Counted from the whole stretch's first letter, positions 39,353 through 52,741 are shown. The stretch is 63,992 nt of DNA, filler included, from Lama guanicoe (GCA_013239625.1; 82 parts of 78 records of this genome joined end to end with filler, not necessarily neighbours in it), one strand, 5' to 3'. The notes: generated from the letters alone by a model not told the origin. Program-made: numbers and translations.

Positions 39353-39471
39353 TTCAAATCTTGCCTTTAGCNNNNNNNNNNNNNNNNNNNNNNNNNNNNN
39401 NNNNNNNNNNNNNNNTTAATTAATTAANNNNNNNNNNNNNNNNNNNNNNNNNNNNNNNNNNNNNNNNNNNN

Positions 39472-39924
39472 TGGAATGCAGAACACAGAATTTAGAATAT
39501 ATAATACAGAATACTTAAAAAAGAATTTAGAACATAGAATATAGAACACAGAATTTAGAACATAGAATATAGAATACTGAAATAGAATATAGAACATGGA
39601 ATTCAGAACACAGAATTTAGAATATAGAAAACAGAATACTGAACATAGAATTTAGGATTAACAATTTAGGACACAGAATTTACAATATAGAATACGGAAT
39701 GCAAAATATAGTATGTACGGTATAGAATGTAGAACACAAAATATAGAATAGAGTAGAGAATATAGAATATAGAACATGGAATGCTGAACACAGAAATTAG
39801 AATATTGAATACAGAAATCTGATTATAGAATTTAGAATAAAGACTGTAGAACACAGAATATAGAATATAGAATATGGAATGCAAAATATAGTTTGTAGAG
39901 TATAGAATGAAGAACACACAATAT
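39472..39924. repeat. AT-rich heptamer satellite (family C)
   Basis: Tandem degenerate 7-mers. Confidence 0.92.
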
Positions 39925-40024
39925 NNNNNNNNNNNNNNNNNNNNNNNNNNNNNNNNNNNNNNNNNNNNTTAATTAATTAANNNNNNNNNNNNNNNNNNNN
40001 NNNNNNNNNNNNNNNNNNNNNNNN

Positions 40025-40594
40025 AAAAAAGAAAGAAATTCAAATCTATGTGAAGGAATGCAAGTCACTGGGAATGGTAAATATGTGGATAAATATAAAT
40101 TTTTATATAAGCATAAACTTTTAATCTTCCTTAAAAGTAAAAAAAAANNNNNNNNNNNNNNNNNNNNNNNNNNNNNNNNNNNNNNNNNNNNNNNNNNNNN
40201 NNNNNNNNNNNNNNNNNNNNNNNNNNNNNNNNNNNNNNNNNNNNNNNNNNNNNNNNNNNNNNNNNNNNNNNNNNNNNNNNNNNNNCTAAGAGAAAACAGA
40301 GAAGTGCAACTGACAGGCCAAGACAAGGGCTAAGTTGGAATGCTATAGATACGAATCCAAAACAATGCAGGACAAAAGAAATAACAAAAAAAGATGGAAA
40401 GATAAAAAAAAAATGGCAAAACAGGAAATAACCATACCAGTGAGTATATTTTTGCAAAGGGTATAAACATCTCAATGAAAAGTCAGAGATTGTCAGGTTG
40501 GATATAAAAGCAAAACTCAGCTATATGCTATCTACAAGAAAACCAATTTAAATATAAAAACAGACACATTAAAAGTTGGAAGATGGAAAATATT
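40025..40594 (+). mobile_element. Old L1 ORF1-end/ORF2-start fragment
   Basis: cagagattgtcaggttggatataaaagcaaaactcagctatatgctatctacaagaaa is an endonuclease-region motif. Confidence 0.75.
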
Positions 40595-40816
40595 TGTCCT
40601 GACAGATTCCCCTGGTCCCAGCGTAAAAATCCTTTTTCTGTCTTCTGCATGGGTCTATTACCCACTCCCAACAGATGAGGCAGCAGTGCACTTACAATTC
40701 CTTAGTAGTTCAGTTCNNNNNNNNNNNNNNNNNNNNNNNNNNNNNNNNNNNNNNNNNNNNTTAATTAATTAANNNNNNNNNNNNNNNNNNNNNNNNNNNN
40801 NNNNNNNNNNNNNNNN

Positions 40817-41250
40817 TTCACTGTAAAACCGACTTGGAGCTTGAACCTCCCCATATATATGTATGCGTTGGAGTTTGCAACTGAAGAGAAACTTTCTCTT
40901 CCCAACAAGTTAAGTGAAGGACGGCTTTCACACACGCTTAACTCTCAAAACTGAGCATGTTTATAGACGTTCGTTCATGTAGCACAAAGGAACAGGTTGC
41001 ATGACAAACATTTACTCTGATTTCTCAATCTGTTTCCTAGTGCTTGTTTGAAATTCCTGCAGTAATTCCTGCAGTTTTCACTGTAAAACCGAGTTGGAGC
41101 TGGTACCTCCCCATATATATGTATGGTTGGAGTTTGCAACTGAAGAGAAAATTTGTGTTCCCAACAAGCTAGCTGAAGTACGGCTTTCACAGACGATTAA
41201 GTCTCAAAACTGACCATGTGGAGAGACGATCGTTCATCTTGCACAAAGGG
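40817..41250. repeat. 249-bp satellite (family A)
   Basis: Shared monomer motifs; contains a 12-bp internal duplication at 41052-41075. Confidence 0.93.
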
Positions 41251-42288
41251 NNNNNNNNNNNNNNNNNNNNNNNNNNNNNNNNNNNNNNNNNNNNTTAATT
41301 AATTAANNNNNNNNNNNNNNNNNNNNNNNNNNNNNNNNNNNNNNNNNNNNTGCTCTTCCTGAGTGCCCTGGTCTTACCCATTCCCCCAGCCCCCTCTGGT
41401 CAGCCAAACCCAGGAGCTGGGCCACCGGCGATTGTGCTGATCAATAATCCACCTCACCCAAAGTCCGGGGGTAGGAGCGGCCAGCACAACTCTTTGTAGA
41501 CTCTGGAGTCAGGTCCTTGGAGGAATTCCTCACTGAAAGATGTTTTGGAAATTTTATTTTTCTTTATAGACTCCAGCTGAAGAAACAGATTGCCTTTGAT
41601 ACATGAAAGGTGAGGACACCTACTATCCCCCTGGAGCCCAGGTGGGGCTGGGAGTCTGCTGTTTGTACAGCCGGTGGGCTCGTGTTGCTTTGGGCATCCC
41701 TGTGCCTGAATTCCTGCAGTACACTCGGTGGTAAGAACGGGGGTGCCTGGCAGGGAGGGAAGCGGTTCGGGAGACTGCACAGCTGGGGAGACGTTAACCT
41801 GGGTTGAGCGGGAGCCGGCTGATGCATGGCATCTCGGTGCAGGGAACTCTCCACACTCAGAGAGGTTCTCACTCCCGCAGGGTCCCTTTTATCAGGGTGC
41901 TGGGATGTCAGCAAAGCAGGGTAGCCTCCCTGGGAGGATCATGGTGCCTTCAGGCAGTGGGAAGTGAGGGGAACAGTGGCACTTAAATTAACTGTGCATC
42001 CGAAGCCAACCCCCGTCTCTTTCAGCCTGGTTCCTAATCTACAAAACTGGAATGATGTTAACCATCTGGAAGGTTCGTTGATGGACTGGGACACACTAGA
42101 CAGCTAGGAGCAGGAATTCCTCTGTCCCCTGATTGTTAGCCTTTCTTCCCACTATTTGCTCTCACAAGCTCAGACTCTCTGTCTCTCTNNNNNNNNNNNN
42201 NNNNNNNNNNNNNNNNNNNNNNNNNNNNNNNNTTAATTAATTAANNNNNNNNNNNNNNNNNNNNNNNNNNNNNNNNNNNNNNNNNNNN

Positions 42289-43209
42289 CCAGGCCTAGAG
42301 AGCTTCACAGGTGATTTCTGCCAAACAGTTAGAGAAGAGATATCACCTATACTTCTCAGCATATTCCAAAAATTTCGAGAGGAAGGGAGTCTTCCTACTC
42401 CAAATTTCTGCATCACACTACTGCTAAAACTGGAACAAATACCTCAAAAAATGACAGGTTACATACTTCTGATAAGCATAGATGAAAAAATCATCACTAA
42501 ATTGTTAACAAATCAAACAATACATTAAGAGGATAATATATTATATATGATTAAGTTTATTCCAGGGATGCAAAAGTGATTCAATACCCACAAATTAATC
42601 AGTATGATACACCACACTAACAACCTGAAGAATAAAATATATATGGTCACCTCAATAGAGTCATAAAATATTTTGACAATTTCAGTATCTATTTATGAAT
42701 AGATTTCTCCTCTAAGTGGGCAAGAGGAAATATACCTCCACACAGTTAAGGTCTTTTATGACAAGAACTCAGCTAACATGACACTCACTGATTAAAAGCT
42801 GAATTCATCTCCAATAAGAGCAGGAATAAGACAAGAGTGCTCACTCTGACCACTTTTATTCAGTATAGTATGGAAATTTTAGCCATAGCTATCCAAAATT
42901 AAAGTAAGTAAAATATAGCTAATTAAGAAAAGGAGTAATAGTATCCATTTGCAGATGACATAATTTAAACCGAAATCCTAAAAATGGTGCCAGAAAATTA
43001 ATAGGGCTTATCAATGCATTTGGTAAAATTTACGAATGTAAAATTAACATACAGAAGTGTTGCATTTCTACACACTAACAAGAAGCTAACTGATACAGAA
43101 AGTGAGGGAACTGTCTCATTTACAGACGCACTACAAAAAAAATCAATAAATATATCCAATCAAGGAGGTAAAAGACCTGTACTCAGAAAACTATAAAATA
43201 TTTACAACA
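42289..43209 (+). mobile_element. L1 ORF2 reverse-transcriptase region, degenerate
   Basis: tttattccagggatgcaa, caggaataagacaagagtgc (GTRQGC-like) and tttgcagatgacata (FADD). Confidence 0.9.
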
Positions 43210-43418
43210 NNNNNNNNNNNNNNNNNNNNNNNNNNNNNNNNNNNNNNNNNNNNTTAATTAATTAANNNNNNNNNNNNNNNNNNNNNNNNNNNNNNNNNNN
43301 NNNNNNNNNCAAAAGCGGATGCTACGTTTTAGATGGCACCGGCACGTTACGGCACAGAAGTCACCAAGGTAGGTCTGTGGGAACATTCCAGCAAGCCCTG
43401 ATGTGTGACATCCATGGA

Positions 43419-43800
43419 TGTGCTTCCACTGGTGTTTCAGTAGACAGAGAAGCTCTGGGAAGAACTGCTTTCATTGGGACATTCCCGTGGCACTACAAAG
43501 CACAAGCGCACTCTCAGTTTGCTGTTTTGGAAACACTCCAAAATGACATAGAGCAGAATGCAGAGCTGAGAACACTTAGAAGCCTCATTTGCATAAGAGA
43601 CACTGTCCTGTGCACTTTCAGAATTGTGAGATAAGCGTAATCAAAATGAAGTTATGCTAACCAAATTATATGGGTTGTTCATCACAACTAATGCAACAAT
43701 AGCAATTGGAGGAAAACCAGACAACACACACAGGAACAGGATATGGCATCAATGTCTAGGAGAAATTGTCCTCACAGAAATCCCATGGAATTGCATAGAG
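43419..43800. repeat. Unclassified repeat, paralog of 51567-51952
   Basis: Collinear similarity over about 380 bp. Confidence 0.9.
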
Positions 43801-44533
43801 NNNNNNNNNNNNNNNNNNNNNNNNNNNNNNNNNNNNNNNNNNNNNNNNNNNNNNNNNNNNNNNNNNNNNNNNNNNNNNNNNNNNNNNNNNNNNNNNNNNN
43901 NNNNNNNNNNNNNNNNNNNNNNNNNNNNNNNNNNNNNNNNNNNNNNNNNNNNNNNNNNNNNNNNNNNNNNNNNNNNNNNNNNNNNNNNNNNNNNNNNNNN
44001 NNNNNNNNNNNNNNNNNNNNNNNNNNNNNNNNNNNNNNNNNNNNNNNNNNNNNNNNNNNNNNNNNNNNNNNNNNNNNNNNNNNNNNNNNNNNNNNNNNNN
44101 NNNNNNNNNNNNNNNNNNNNNNNNNNNNNNNNNNNNNNNNNNNNNNNNNNNNNNNNNNNNNNNNNNNNNNNNNNNNNNNNNNNNNNNNNNNNNNNNNNNN
44201 NNNNNNNNNNNNNNNNNNNNNNNNNNNNNNNNNNNNNNNNNNNNNNNNNNNNNNNNNNNNNNNNNNNNNNNNNNNNNNNNNAAATATTGCTATCCTGGGT
44301 TAGAAAGGGCATGAAAGACAAGAATTCATAAGAGTCCAAGATAGAAAAGCAAGAGATAAAGAAACAAAANNNNNNNNNNNNNNNNNNNNNNNNNNNNNNN
44401 NNNNNNNNNNNNNTTAATTAATTAANNNNNNNNNNNNNNNNNNNNNNNNNNNNNNNNNNNNNNNNNNNNATAATAAATTTGGATTAAATATTTAAAAAAA
44501 GAAAAAAAGAAAAATACAGAAGATAAGTGACAC

Positions 44534-44937
44534 TGTGAAGGAAAACCCCAGCTGGGGTAACAAGCTAAGTCACAAATGTAAGTGTGATAAGTATCAGTTT
44601 AGTGACGTAAGATTTGCTGGGCTACCTGGTAAATCTGAAGTTTAGTGTCAGTTTACTGGGCTAATAAGCTAACCCGAAAATCCAAGGTCAACATTTGTCA
44701 GTAACGTGATCTGTTCCAAATTGATAAGCTTCAGTGTACTGATTCCTTGCTTTTTGTTGTTTGAGCCTTANNNNNNNNNNNNNNNNNNNNNNNNNNNNNN
44801 NNNNNNNNNNNNNNNNNNNNNNNNNNNNNNNNNNNNNNNNNNNGGAAAAGAAACTGAGCCTGCACGTGTAATAAATCTCAGTACTCCAACCCTATGTGCG
44901 ATTCTTATTTCTTGGCTGGCCTGTTGTTTCCATAACA
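44534..44937 (+). mobile_element. Complete solo LTR (ERV1-like) with 4-bp TSD
   Basis: Imperfect inverted ends TGTGAAGGAAA...TTTCCATAACA, AATAAA near 44870, and ACAC direct repeat at 44530-44533 and 44938-44941. Confidence 0.85.
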
Positions 44938-45858
44938 ACACAAGCGATAATGNNNNNNNNNNNNNNNNNNNNNNNNNNNNNNNNNNNNNNNNNNNNTTAA
45001 TTAATTAANNNNNNNNNNNNNNNNNNNNNNNNNNNNNNNNNNNNNNNNNNNNTGTACAAAATGAATATTTTTAGTAACTATGTGTATAATCTCATGATAG
45101 GCATAGCTATTCTATGTGTGAAACCAGAGCCAGAAGGGAGATGCTTAGCTCTTCCTGTGGCAAAACATAACCTAACAAAATAAAAAAAANNNNNNNNNNN
45201 NNNNNNNNNNNNNNNNNNNNNNNNNNNNNNNNNTTAATTAATTAANNNNNNNNNNNNNNNNNNNNNNNNNNNNNNNNNNNNNNNNNNNNAGGGTGGGACA
45301 GGTTTCTCCAGAAGGTTGTGTATGTTCTGAATCAGCCTCCAATAGAGGCAAGGAAAAATTACAAGACATGTACGCTGAAAACTACAACAGCTTGTTGAGA
45401 GTAATTAAGAAAGAACTAGCCCTAATTTAAAATTTTAAGGAGCCAAAATGGCAGAGTAGACAGACTCACAGCTTNNNNNNNNNNNNNNNNNNNNNNNNNN
45501 NNNNNNNNNNNNNNNNNNTTAATTAATTAANNNNNNNNNNNNNNNNNNNNNNNNNNNNNNNNNNNNNNNNNNNNCATGGCTACCGTAGCTCGGATCACAT
45601 TACCCAGCTTTTGGTCTAGGCTTGCTGACCTGCACAGCAGTCATTTCTTGTTTTCTGTTTCCAAGTACCTAGCCAGACCCTGATGCAAAGTCAGTGCTCA
45701 AAACTGCTGAATAAAGAAATGAACAAAGGAACGGCTTTCCAAATCCCTTTAAGCAAAATATAGAGAAAAGAACCACAGTGGGATCTAAACATCAGGATTT
45801 CAATTCCAATTTGTTTGAACTCCTAAGCTGCAGAATAATGGATAAGAAAACTTGCCTT

Positions 45859-45984
45859 GGGGAGGAGGGTACAGTTCAGTGGTAGAGCACGTGCTTACCA
45901 TGTACGAGGTCCTGGGTTCAAACCCCAGTACATACCTCATTTAATGAAACAAATAAACAAACATACTTACCCTCCTCAAAAAAT
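45859..45984 (+). mobile_element. tRNA-derived SINE, camelid Vic-1-like
   Basis: ggggaggagggtacagttcagtggtagagcacgtgcttaccatgtacgaggtcctgggttcaaaccccagtac, with A box, B box and an A-rich tail. Confidence 0.85.
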
Positions 45985-46447
45985 ATTTTTTAATTCAATT
46001 TTCGAAAAACATCTTGTAATTGACACAACATTGTAAACTTGACTATACTTCAATTAAAAAANNNNNNNNNNNNNNNNNNNNNNNNNNNNNNNNNNNNNNN
46101 NNNNNTTAATTAATTAANNNNNNNNNNNNNNNNNNNNNNNNNNNNNNNNNNNNNNNNNNNNATAATTTGCACGTGGCTGATAGGGTTTCAGTTCCTCACT
46201 AGGCAGGTTTCTTTCTGACCACTGAAAAATGCACATTAAAGGTCCCATTTTTAAACTGTTTTCCTTCCATCTACCTTCTTGGTCATAGTCCAGAAGCATG
46301 AACTCAGTGTCCCTGGATGCTCCTGATGGCTGCCCAAGAGAGAAAGCTACAAATAATGTGAATTTCAAGACTAAGTGAACCACATGATGTTATTTACAGT
46401 AACAGCGGGCGGCTGCCTTGCACCTGCAGGGGAGAAAGTGTTTACAC

Positions 46448-46560
46448 TCCTGGAGCCACACTCCTGCATCTGAATCCCAGCTGCGATGCTAGCTGTGGGG
46501 CCTTGTGCAAATTTCTTAACCTCTAGGGGCTTCAATCTCCTCACCCATATAGTGGGGTGG
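46448..46560 (+). mobile_element. MIR fragment
   Basis: tctgaatcccagct...tagctgtggggccttgtgcaaatttcttaacctct pattern. Confidence 0.65.
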
Positions 46561-46963
46561 GGGNNNNNNNNNNNNNNNNNNNNNNNNNNNNNNNNNNNNN
46601 NNNNNNNNNNNNNNNNNNNNNNNNNNNNNNNNNNNNNNNNNNNNNNNNNNNNNNNNNNNNNNNNNNNNNNNNNNNNNNNNNNNNNNNNNNNNNNNNNNNN
46701 NNNNNNNNNNNNNNNNNNNNNNNNNNNNNNNNNNNNNCATTATTTTCAATTAAGGCTTCATGCTTGTGAAAGGAATAACTTTTTGGTGTGTGTGTGATTA
46801 GATGTGAAAATTAGTTAAGGCTGAGAAAAATGTATTATAGAAGGTATATTAAGCCTTGCCTTCNNNNNNNNNNNNNNNNNNNNNNNNNNNNNNNNNNNNN
46901 NNNNNNNTTAATTAATTAANNNNNNNNNNNNNNNNNNNNNNNNNNNNNNNNNNNNNNNNNNNN

Positions 46964-47500
46964 CAGCCTCGTCGCTCCGAGCCAAGACCCAGCTGCTTGT
47001 TTGTCTTTGTGGAGCAAGTTCTCTAAGGGACCAGGATGGAAGGATCCTATCTGCCCCGGGATGTAGGCCCGTCTCAGTCTGGCCCTTGAGGCTGCTACGC
47101 CCTTCGGTGCGGATGCAGGTTTCGCCTCTGCCCCTGCCAGGGTGCTAAGTGCCGGAGAATATGGTGGCTGTGCCTGGGCCCTGCCTCTCTTCCCCTGAAA
47201 AGTTTCCTCGGGTTTTCCGAGATGGGGGTATGCACCCTTCCCCCGAGAGCACATCAACCTTGCTGTTTTATGGAGGGTCCAGGTTGTTTTGTCCTGTACA
47301 CCCACAGCCATGGCGCCCAGCCCCTTGCAGTCCCCCGGAGCTGCCTCCGTGCAGCCGCCCCCGTCCTCCGCCACACTGGCCTCTGGAGAGGGGAGACCCA
47401 GCGAGCGAGCGCCAGTCCTCCTTTGCCGCTCCATCCCCACAGGACCCGTCCCGCACTGCTTTGCCTTTTGTTCTTTCTTTTTTCCTTTTCTCCTCTCCTA
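46964..47500 (-). mobile_element. GC/CpG-rich segment, possibly an L1 5' UTR
   Basis: CpG-rich with no convincing ORF; composition resembles an antisense L1 5' UTR. Not confirmed. Confidence 0.4.
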
Positions 47501-47600
47501 NNNNNNNNNNNNNNNNNNNNNNNNNNNNNNNNNNNNNNNNNNNNTTAATTAATTAANNNNNNNNNNNNNNNNNNNNNNNNNNNNNNNNNNNNNNNNNNNN

Positions 47601-48330
47601 TATAGAGGTTCCTCAAAAGACAAAAAATTGACCTCCCATATGACCCAGCAATCCCACTCCTGGGCATATATCCAGAAGGAACCGTAATTCAAAAAGACAC
47701 CTTCTCCCCAATATTCACAGCAGCACTATTTACAATAGCAAAACATGGAAACAACCTAAATGTCCACTGACAGATGACTGGATAAAGAGGTTGTAGTATA
47801 TTTGTACAACAGACTACTATTCACCCATAAAAAATAATAAAATAATGCTACTTGTACCAAAATCAATGGAACTGGAGAATGTCATTCTAAGTGAAGCAAC
47901 ACAGAAAGAGAAAGCAAAATACCATATGAGATCGCTCCCATGTGGAATCTAAAACAAACAAACAAACAAAACAAGAAAAAACAAACAAACAAAAAGATAA
48001 ACTTATCTACAGTACAGAAATAGACACAGAGACATAGAAACTATGGTTACCAGAGGGGAGAGGGTGTGGGAAGGAATAAATTGCGATTTCAAGGTTTGCA
48101 GATACTGAGTATGTATAGAATAAAGAGCAAGTTTATACTGGATAGCACAGGATGATATATTTAATATATTTTAGTAACTAATGTTGAAAAAGAATATGAA
48201 AATGAATACAGGTATGTTCCTATATAGATGAAGTGTTTTGCTGTACACAAGAAAATGACGCAATATTATAAACTGACTAGAATTCAATGAAAATATTTTT
48301 AAACAGACAAAAAACGAAAAAAAAGAAAAA
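47601..48330 (+). mobile_element. L1 ORF2 end and 3' UTR
   Basis: ccatatgacccagcaatcccactcctgggcatatatccaga...caacctaaatgtccactgacagatgactggataaag and an A-rich tail. Confidence 0.93.
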
Positions 48331-48453
48331 GGATATTATCCATCCAAAAGAATNNNNNNNNNNNNNNNNNNNNNNNNNNNNNNNNNNNNNNNNNNNNTTA
48401 ATTAATTAANNNNNNNNNNNNNNNNNNNNNNNNNNNNNNNNNNNNNNNNNNNN

Positions 48454-48983
48454 ATTCTGGGTTCTCTATTCTCTATTCTATATTCTGTGTTCTACATTGT
48501 ATGTTTTAAAGTCTATATTCAGTATTCTGTATTCTATATTGTAAATTCTGTGTTCTGCATTCCAAGTTATAAATTTTATATTANNNNNNNNNNNNNNNNN
48601 NNNNNNNNNNNNNNNNNNNNNNNNNNNNNNNNNNNNNNNNNNNNNNNNNNNNNNNNNNNNNNNNNNNNNNNNNNNNNNNNNNNNNNNNNNNNNNNNNNNN
48701 NNNNNNNNNNNNNNNNNNNNNNNNNNNNNNNNNNNNNNNNNNNNNNNNNNNNNNNNNNNNNNNNNNNNNNNNNNNNNNNNNNNNNNNNNNNNNNNNNNNN
48801 NNNNNNNNNNNNNNNNNNNNNNNNNNNNNNNNNNNNNNNNNNNNNNNNNNNNNNNNNNNNNNNNNNNNNNNNNNNNNNNNNNNNNNNNNNNNNNNNAAAT
48901 TCTGTGCGTTCCATGTTCTAAATTCTGGTTTCTGCATTCTCTATTCTATATACTACATTGTGTGTTTTTCATTCTAGATTCTA
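48454..48983. repeat. AT-rich heptamer satellite (family C)
   Basis: TATTCTA/TGTTCTG units. Confidence 0.9.
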
Positions 48984-50065
48984 NNNNNNNNNNNNNNNNN
49001 NNNNNNNNNNNNNNNNNNNNNNNNNNNTTAATTAATTAANNNNNNNNNNNNNNNNNNNNNNNNNNNNNNNNNNNNNNNNNNNNACTGAAGTTTCGGGAGA
49101 CCAAGATGTGTGTCCGTCATCTATTCTCAGCACAGCCCAGTATATAATGATGCTCAGTAGATACTGGCAGACTATAATTTAATAAAATTGAATGGAACAG
49201 AAATGAAAGATAACCAAAAAAGTTTAAAACTTCATACTTAGCTTAAGGGAAAAAAGAGCAATTTTGACATAAAAACAAATCAATAATATAATTAAAAATA
49301 CTTTCAGAAACTGTAAAATTAAAGGACAAAAACTGTCATGAGAAGAACAGTCAAAATGACAAAAAAGCAATCTATATTTAAACATACTCTGGAAAATACT
49401 GAGTATACGAATAACAAAAATATCATTAAACATATGGGAAGAAAAAGAAATACAATAAAAAAATCACAATTTTATCATCAAGCTAATTTTAGTCTAAAAC
49501 ACTAATATATGTCAATATCTTTGAAGTAAAAGACTAATTGCTATCTAATTTATGTGTGAAAGAAACAAATTTTTCCAGCTATCCCTGTGTTCCAATATGC
49601 CAATTTATACCTTTCTTGAAAAAATTTGTGTTTTATACAATTGACTAAATGATGGACCAAAAACAATAGGATAATATAGGAGAAAAAAGTAAATTGAAAA
49701 ACTTTAAATACACAGTGAAACCAATTTAAAAAAGAATTGAGAAATTGAGTAATATGGGAATTGAATGCAAAATAGTCCTCAAAATAGATGTTTGTAACAT
49801 GATTATATGATAATCTAATGGTTTTCATATCTAAGCTTCTATATATATATAATCTGGGAATGTAAAGAAAAGTGGAAGTAAAAGTTTAGTAAATGCCTCA
49901 TTTTGCCTGAGGGGGATCAGAAGATACTTCTGAATTTTCATCTTGTTTTAATAACCAAAGATGAGNNNNNNNNNNNNNNNNNNNNNNNNNNNNNNNNNNN
50001 NNNNNNNNNTTAATTAATTAANNNNNNNNNNNNNNNNNNNNNNNNNNNNNNNNNNNNNNNNNNNN

Positions 50066-50500
50066 CAGATAAATAGATAGAAGGATAATACATGATAGAT
50101 AAATAGATAGATAGGTATATAGATAGATAGATAGATAGATAGAAAAATAGATAGATATAGACATGATGGAAAGGTAAAGAGATTAGATAGACAAGACTTA
50201 AGCCGACTAAAAGAAATGGGAAAAAATTTATGTTTACCAAAGGGAAGGGAAAGAGAATTGAATAGTAGAACATTGACAGATACAAACTAGTATACATAAA
50301 GGAGAGAAGCAACAATGATAATCTGTATAGATCATGGAATTATACACAATAGCTTAAAATAAGTGTATGTTACAATCATTGCAATAATTCATAATGCAAT
50401 ATAATCTACAAAGTTGTTAGAATAACTATGCTGTACATCTGAAACTACACAATAATACACAATATAGTACATCTACTGTACTTCATTTAAAAAAAATCTC
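50066..50500 (+). mobile_element. (GATA)n tract followed by an L1-like 3' UTR
   Basis: GATA repeats, then tttatgtttaccaaagggaaggg...ctatgctgtacatctgaaact and an A tail. Confidence 0.7.
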
Positions 50501-50999
50501 ATCTATAATTTAGTCCTTTTTCCACTGATAGCAGCTTCCTTTAATATTGTTTTATTTTTACTCTTTACCTTTTATGATTACTGACTCAAATTATTTCTTT
50601 TACTGTAGTAAACAGGTCATCGGTTTGAAGTAGCTATATTTATTGCCCCTGATTTCCTATTTTTCACTCTTTAACTCATATAGTATAGAAGCATTTAAAA
50701 ACATACCAAAGAAACAGTTGCAACTTTCTCGTGGTATCTCCTTAGCATTTTTTTCAATGTTTTGCATATATTTTCCATTTAATATTTCTAAGAAAATTTC
50801 TTTTCTACACCTCTTATTAGGTGTTTCTTTTTTTTTTTATCACATTGAGAATTTGTTTGTCAGGTAAATTCTTTATTTTCACTTTATAAATAAGACAGCN
50901 NNNNNNNNNNNNNNNNNNNNNNNNNNNNNNNNNNNNNNNNNNNTTAATTAATTAANNNNNNNNNNNNNNNNNNNNNNNNNNNNNNNNNNNNNNNNNNNN

Positions 51000-51466
51000 A
51001 GTAATTAGGCATTGAATGCAGAACACTGAATGTAGAATGTGGTATACACAATATAAAATTTAGAATACAGAATGTAGAACACAGAATATAGAACATAAAA
51101 TACACATGGCAGAACCCAGCCAATTCAGAACACAGGATATAGAATAAGAATACAGATTATAGAATATAGAATGTAGAATACAGAATGTAGAACACAGAAT
51201 ATCGAATTTAGAATACAGAAACCAGAAACTTGAATTTTGAACATGGAATTCAGAACACGGAATTTTGAATATAGAAAACAGAATACAGAATAAAGAATGT
51301 AGATAATGTAGAACACAGAAAATAGAATATACAATGCAGAACACAGAATATAGAACATGGAATACACAACAAAGAATTTAGAATATAGAATACAGAATAC
51401 AGAATATAGAATGTAGTATACAGAATGTAGAACACAGAATATCGAATATAGAATACAGAATGCAGA
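51000..51466. repeat. AT-rich heptamer satellite (family C)
   Basis: Tandem degenerate 7-mers. Confidence 0.9.
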
Positions 51467-51566
51467 NNNNNNNNNNNNNNNNNNNNNNNNNNNNNNNNNN
51501 NNNNNNNNNNTTAATTAATTAANNNNNNNNNNNNNNNNNNNNNNNNNNNNNNNNNNNNNNNNNNNN

Positions 51567-51952
51567 TATGTGTCCACTGGTGTTTTTGTAGACAGAGAAT
51601 CTCTGGGAACTTCTGATTCCATTGGGACATTCCCGTGGCACTACAAAGCACAAGTGCACTCTCAGTTTGCTGTTTTGGAAACACTCCAAAGTGACATAGA
51701 GCAGAATGCATACCTGAGAACCTTTAGAAGTCTCATTTCCACAAACAAGAGGAAGCGTCTTGTGCACTTTCAGATTTGTGAGATTTGCGTAATAAATATG
51801 AGGTTATGCCATCAAATTTGTATGGGTTGTTCATCACAACAAAGGCAACACCAGCAATTGGAGATATACCAGACAACACACACAGGAACATGACATGGCA
51901 TCAAAGTATAGGAGAAATTGTCCTCACAGGAATCCCATGGAATTGCGTAGAG
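51567..51952. repeat. Unclassified repeat, paralog of 43419-43800
   Basis: Shared blocks such as cattgggacattcccgtggcactacaaagcacaag and ggagaaattgtcctcacag. Confidence 0.9.
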
Positions 51953-52449
51953 ACGACGGTCTAAAATTTTCACTTTACAAAGCCCTAGAATTCTACATTA
52001 GATTCCNNNNNNNNNNNNNNNNNNNNNNNNNNNNNNNNNNNNNNNNNNNNTTAATTAATTAANNNNNNNNNNNNNNNNNNNNNNNNNNNNNNNNNNNNNN
52101 NNNNNNTACATTATAAAAACTTCATTTCTAGCGAGATGTTATCAGTTAGAGAAGCTCTCCTGAATTTGAGGGGTTACTGTCATCTCAGACGGATTCCCTA
52201 AAAAATGTCAGCACTCTGCAGTATTGCCATCATGACAAGAACCCAGACAGATGAAATTTGGAAAGCCCTGTGGCTTTCTAGTGCACAGATATATAATGGT
52301 GTTTCAGAGGGAAAAGCCTGAATTACAGAAAGTGATAAATGAAATGGTCTAACATGCATTTCCCTTCCAAAGAACTAATACGTCTTTTGTCGATAATAAC
52401 ATCTGTCAGTTATTATGAAAAGAGCTGACAGATGCATATTACTTAATAT

Positions 52450-52638
52450 AAGCCAGGACTTTTGTATCAATGACACAGATTCATTAATCCCCATAGCATC
52501 TCTACGAAGTGGGTACTACAATTATCCCCATTTTATTGGTGAAGAACTTGATAGACACAGAGGGTAAATGACATTTACCAGGTCCACAGTGAGAAACCAA
52601 CACAGGTGTTCCAGCTTGAGTCTATGCTCTTGGCCACT
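52450..52638 (-). mobile_element. MIR fragment
   Basis: attatccccattttattggtgaagaactt...agagggtaaatgacatt. Confidence 0.65.
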
Positions 52639-52741
52639 TCTNNNNNNNNNNNNNNNNNNNNNNNNNNNNNNNNNNNNNNNNNNNNNNNNNNNNNNNNNNN
52701 NNNNNNNNNNNNNNNNNNNNNNNNNNNNNNNNNNNNNNNNN

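Noticed and set aside
45859..45935. tRNA-like sequence with A and B boxes
   Set aside because: It is the head of a tRNA-derived SINE with an A-rich tail, not a tRNA gene.
43377..51893. Shared peptide IGTFPWHYKAQ.HSQFAVLETLQ.DIEQNA in two ORFs
   Set aside because: Codon differences in the shared block are mostly nonsynonymous (about 5 to 2 by hand), as expected for neutral DNA.
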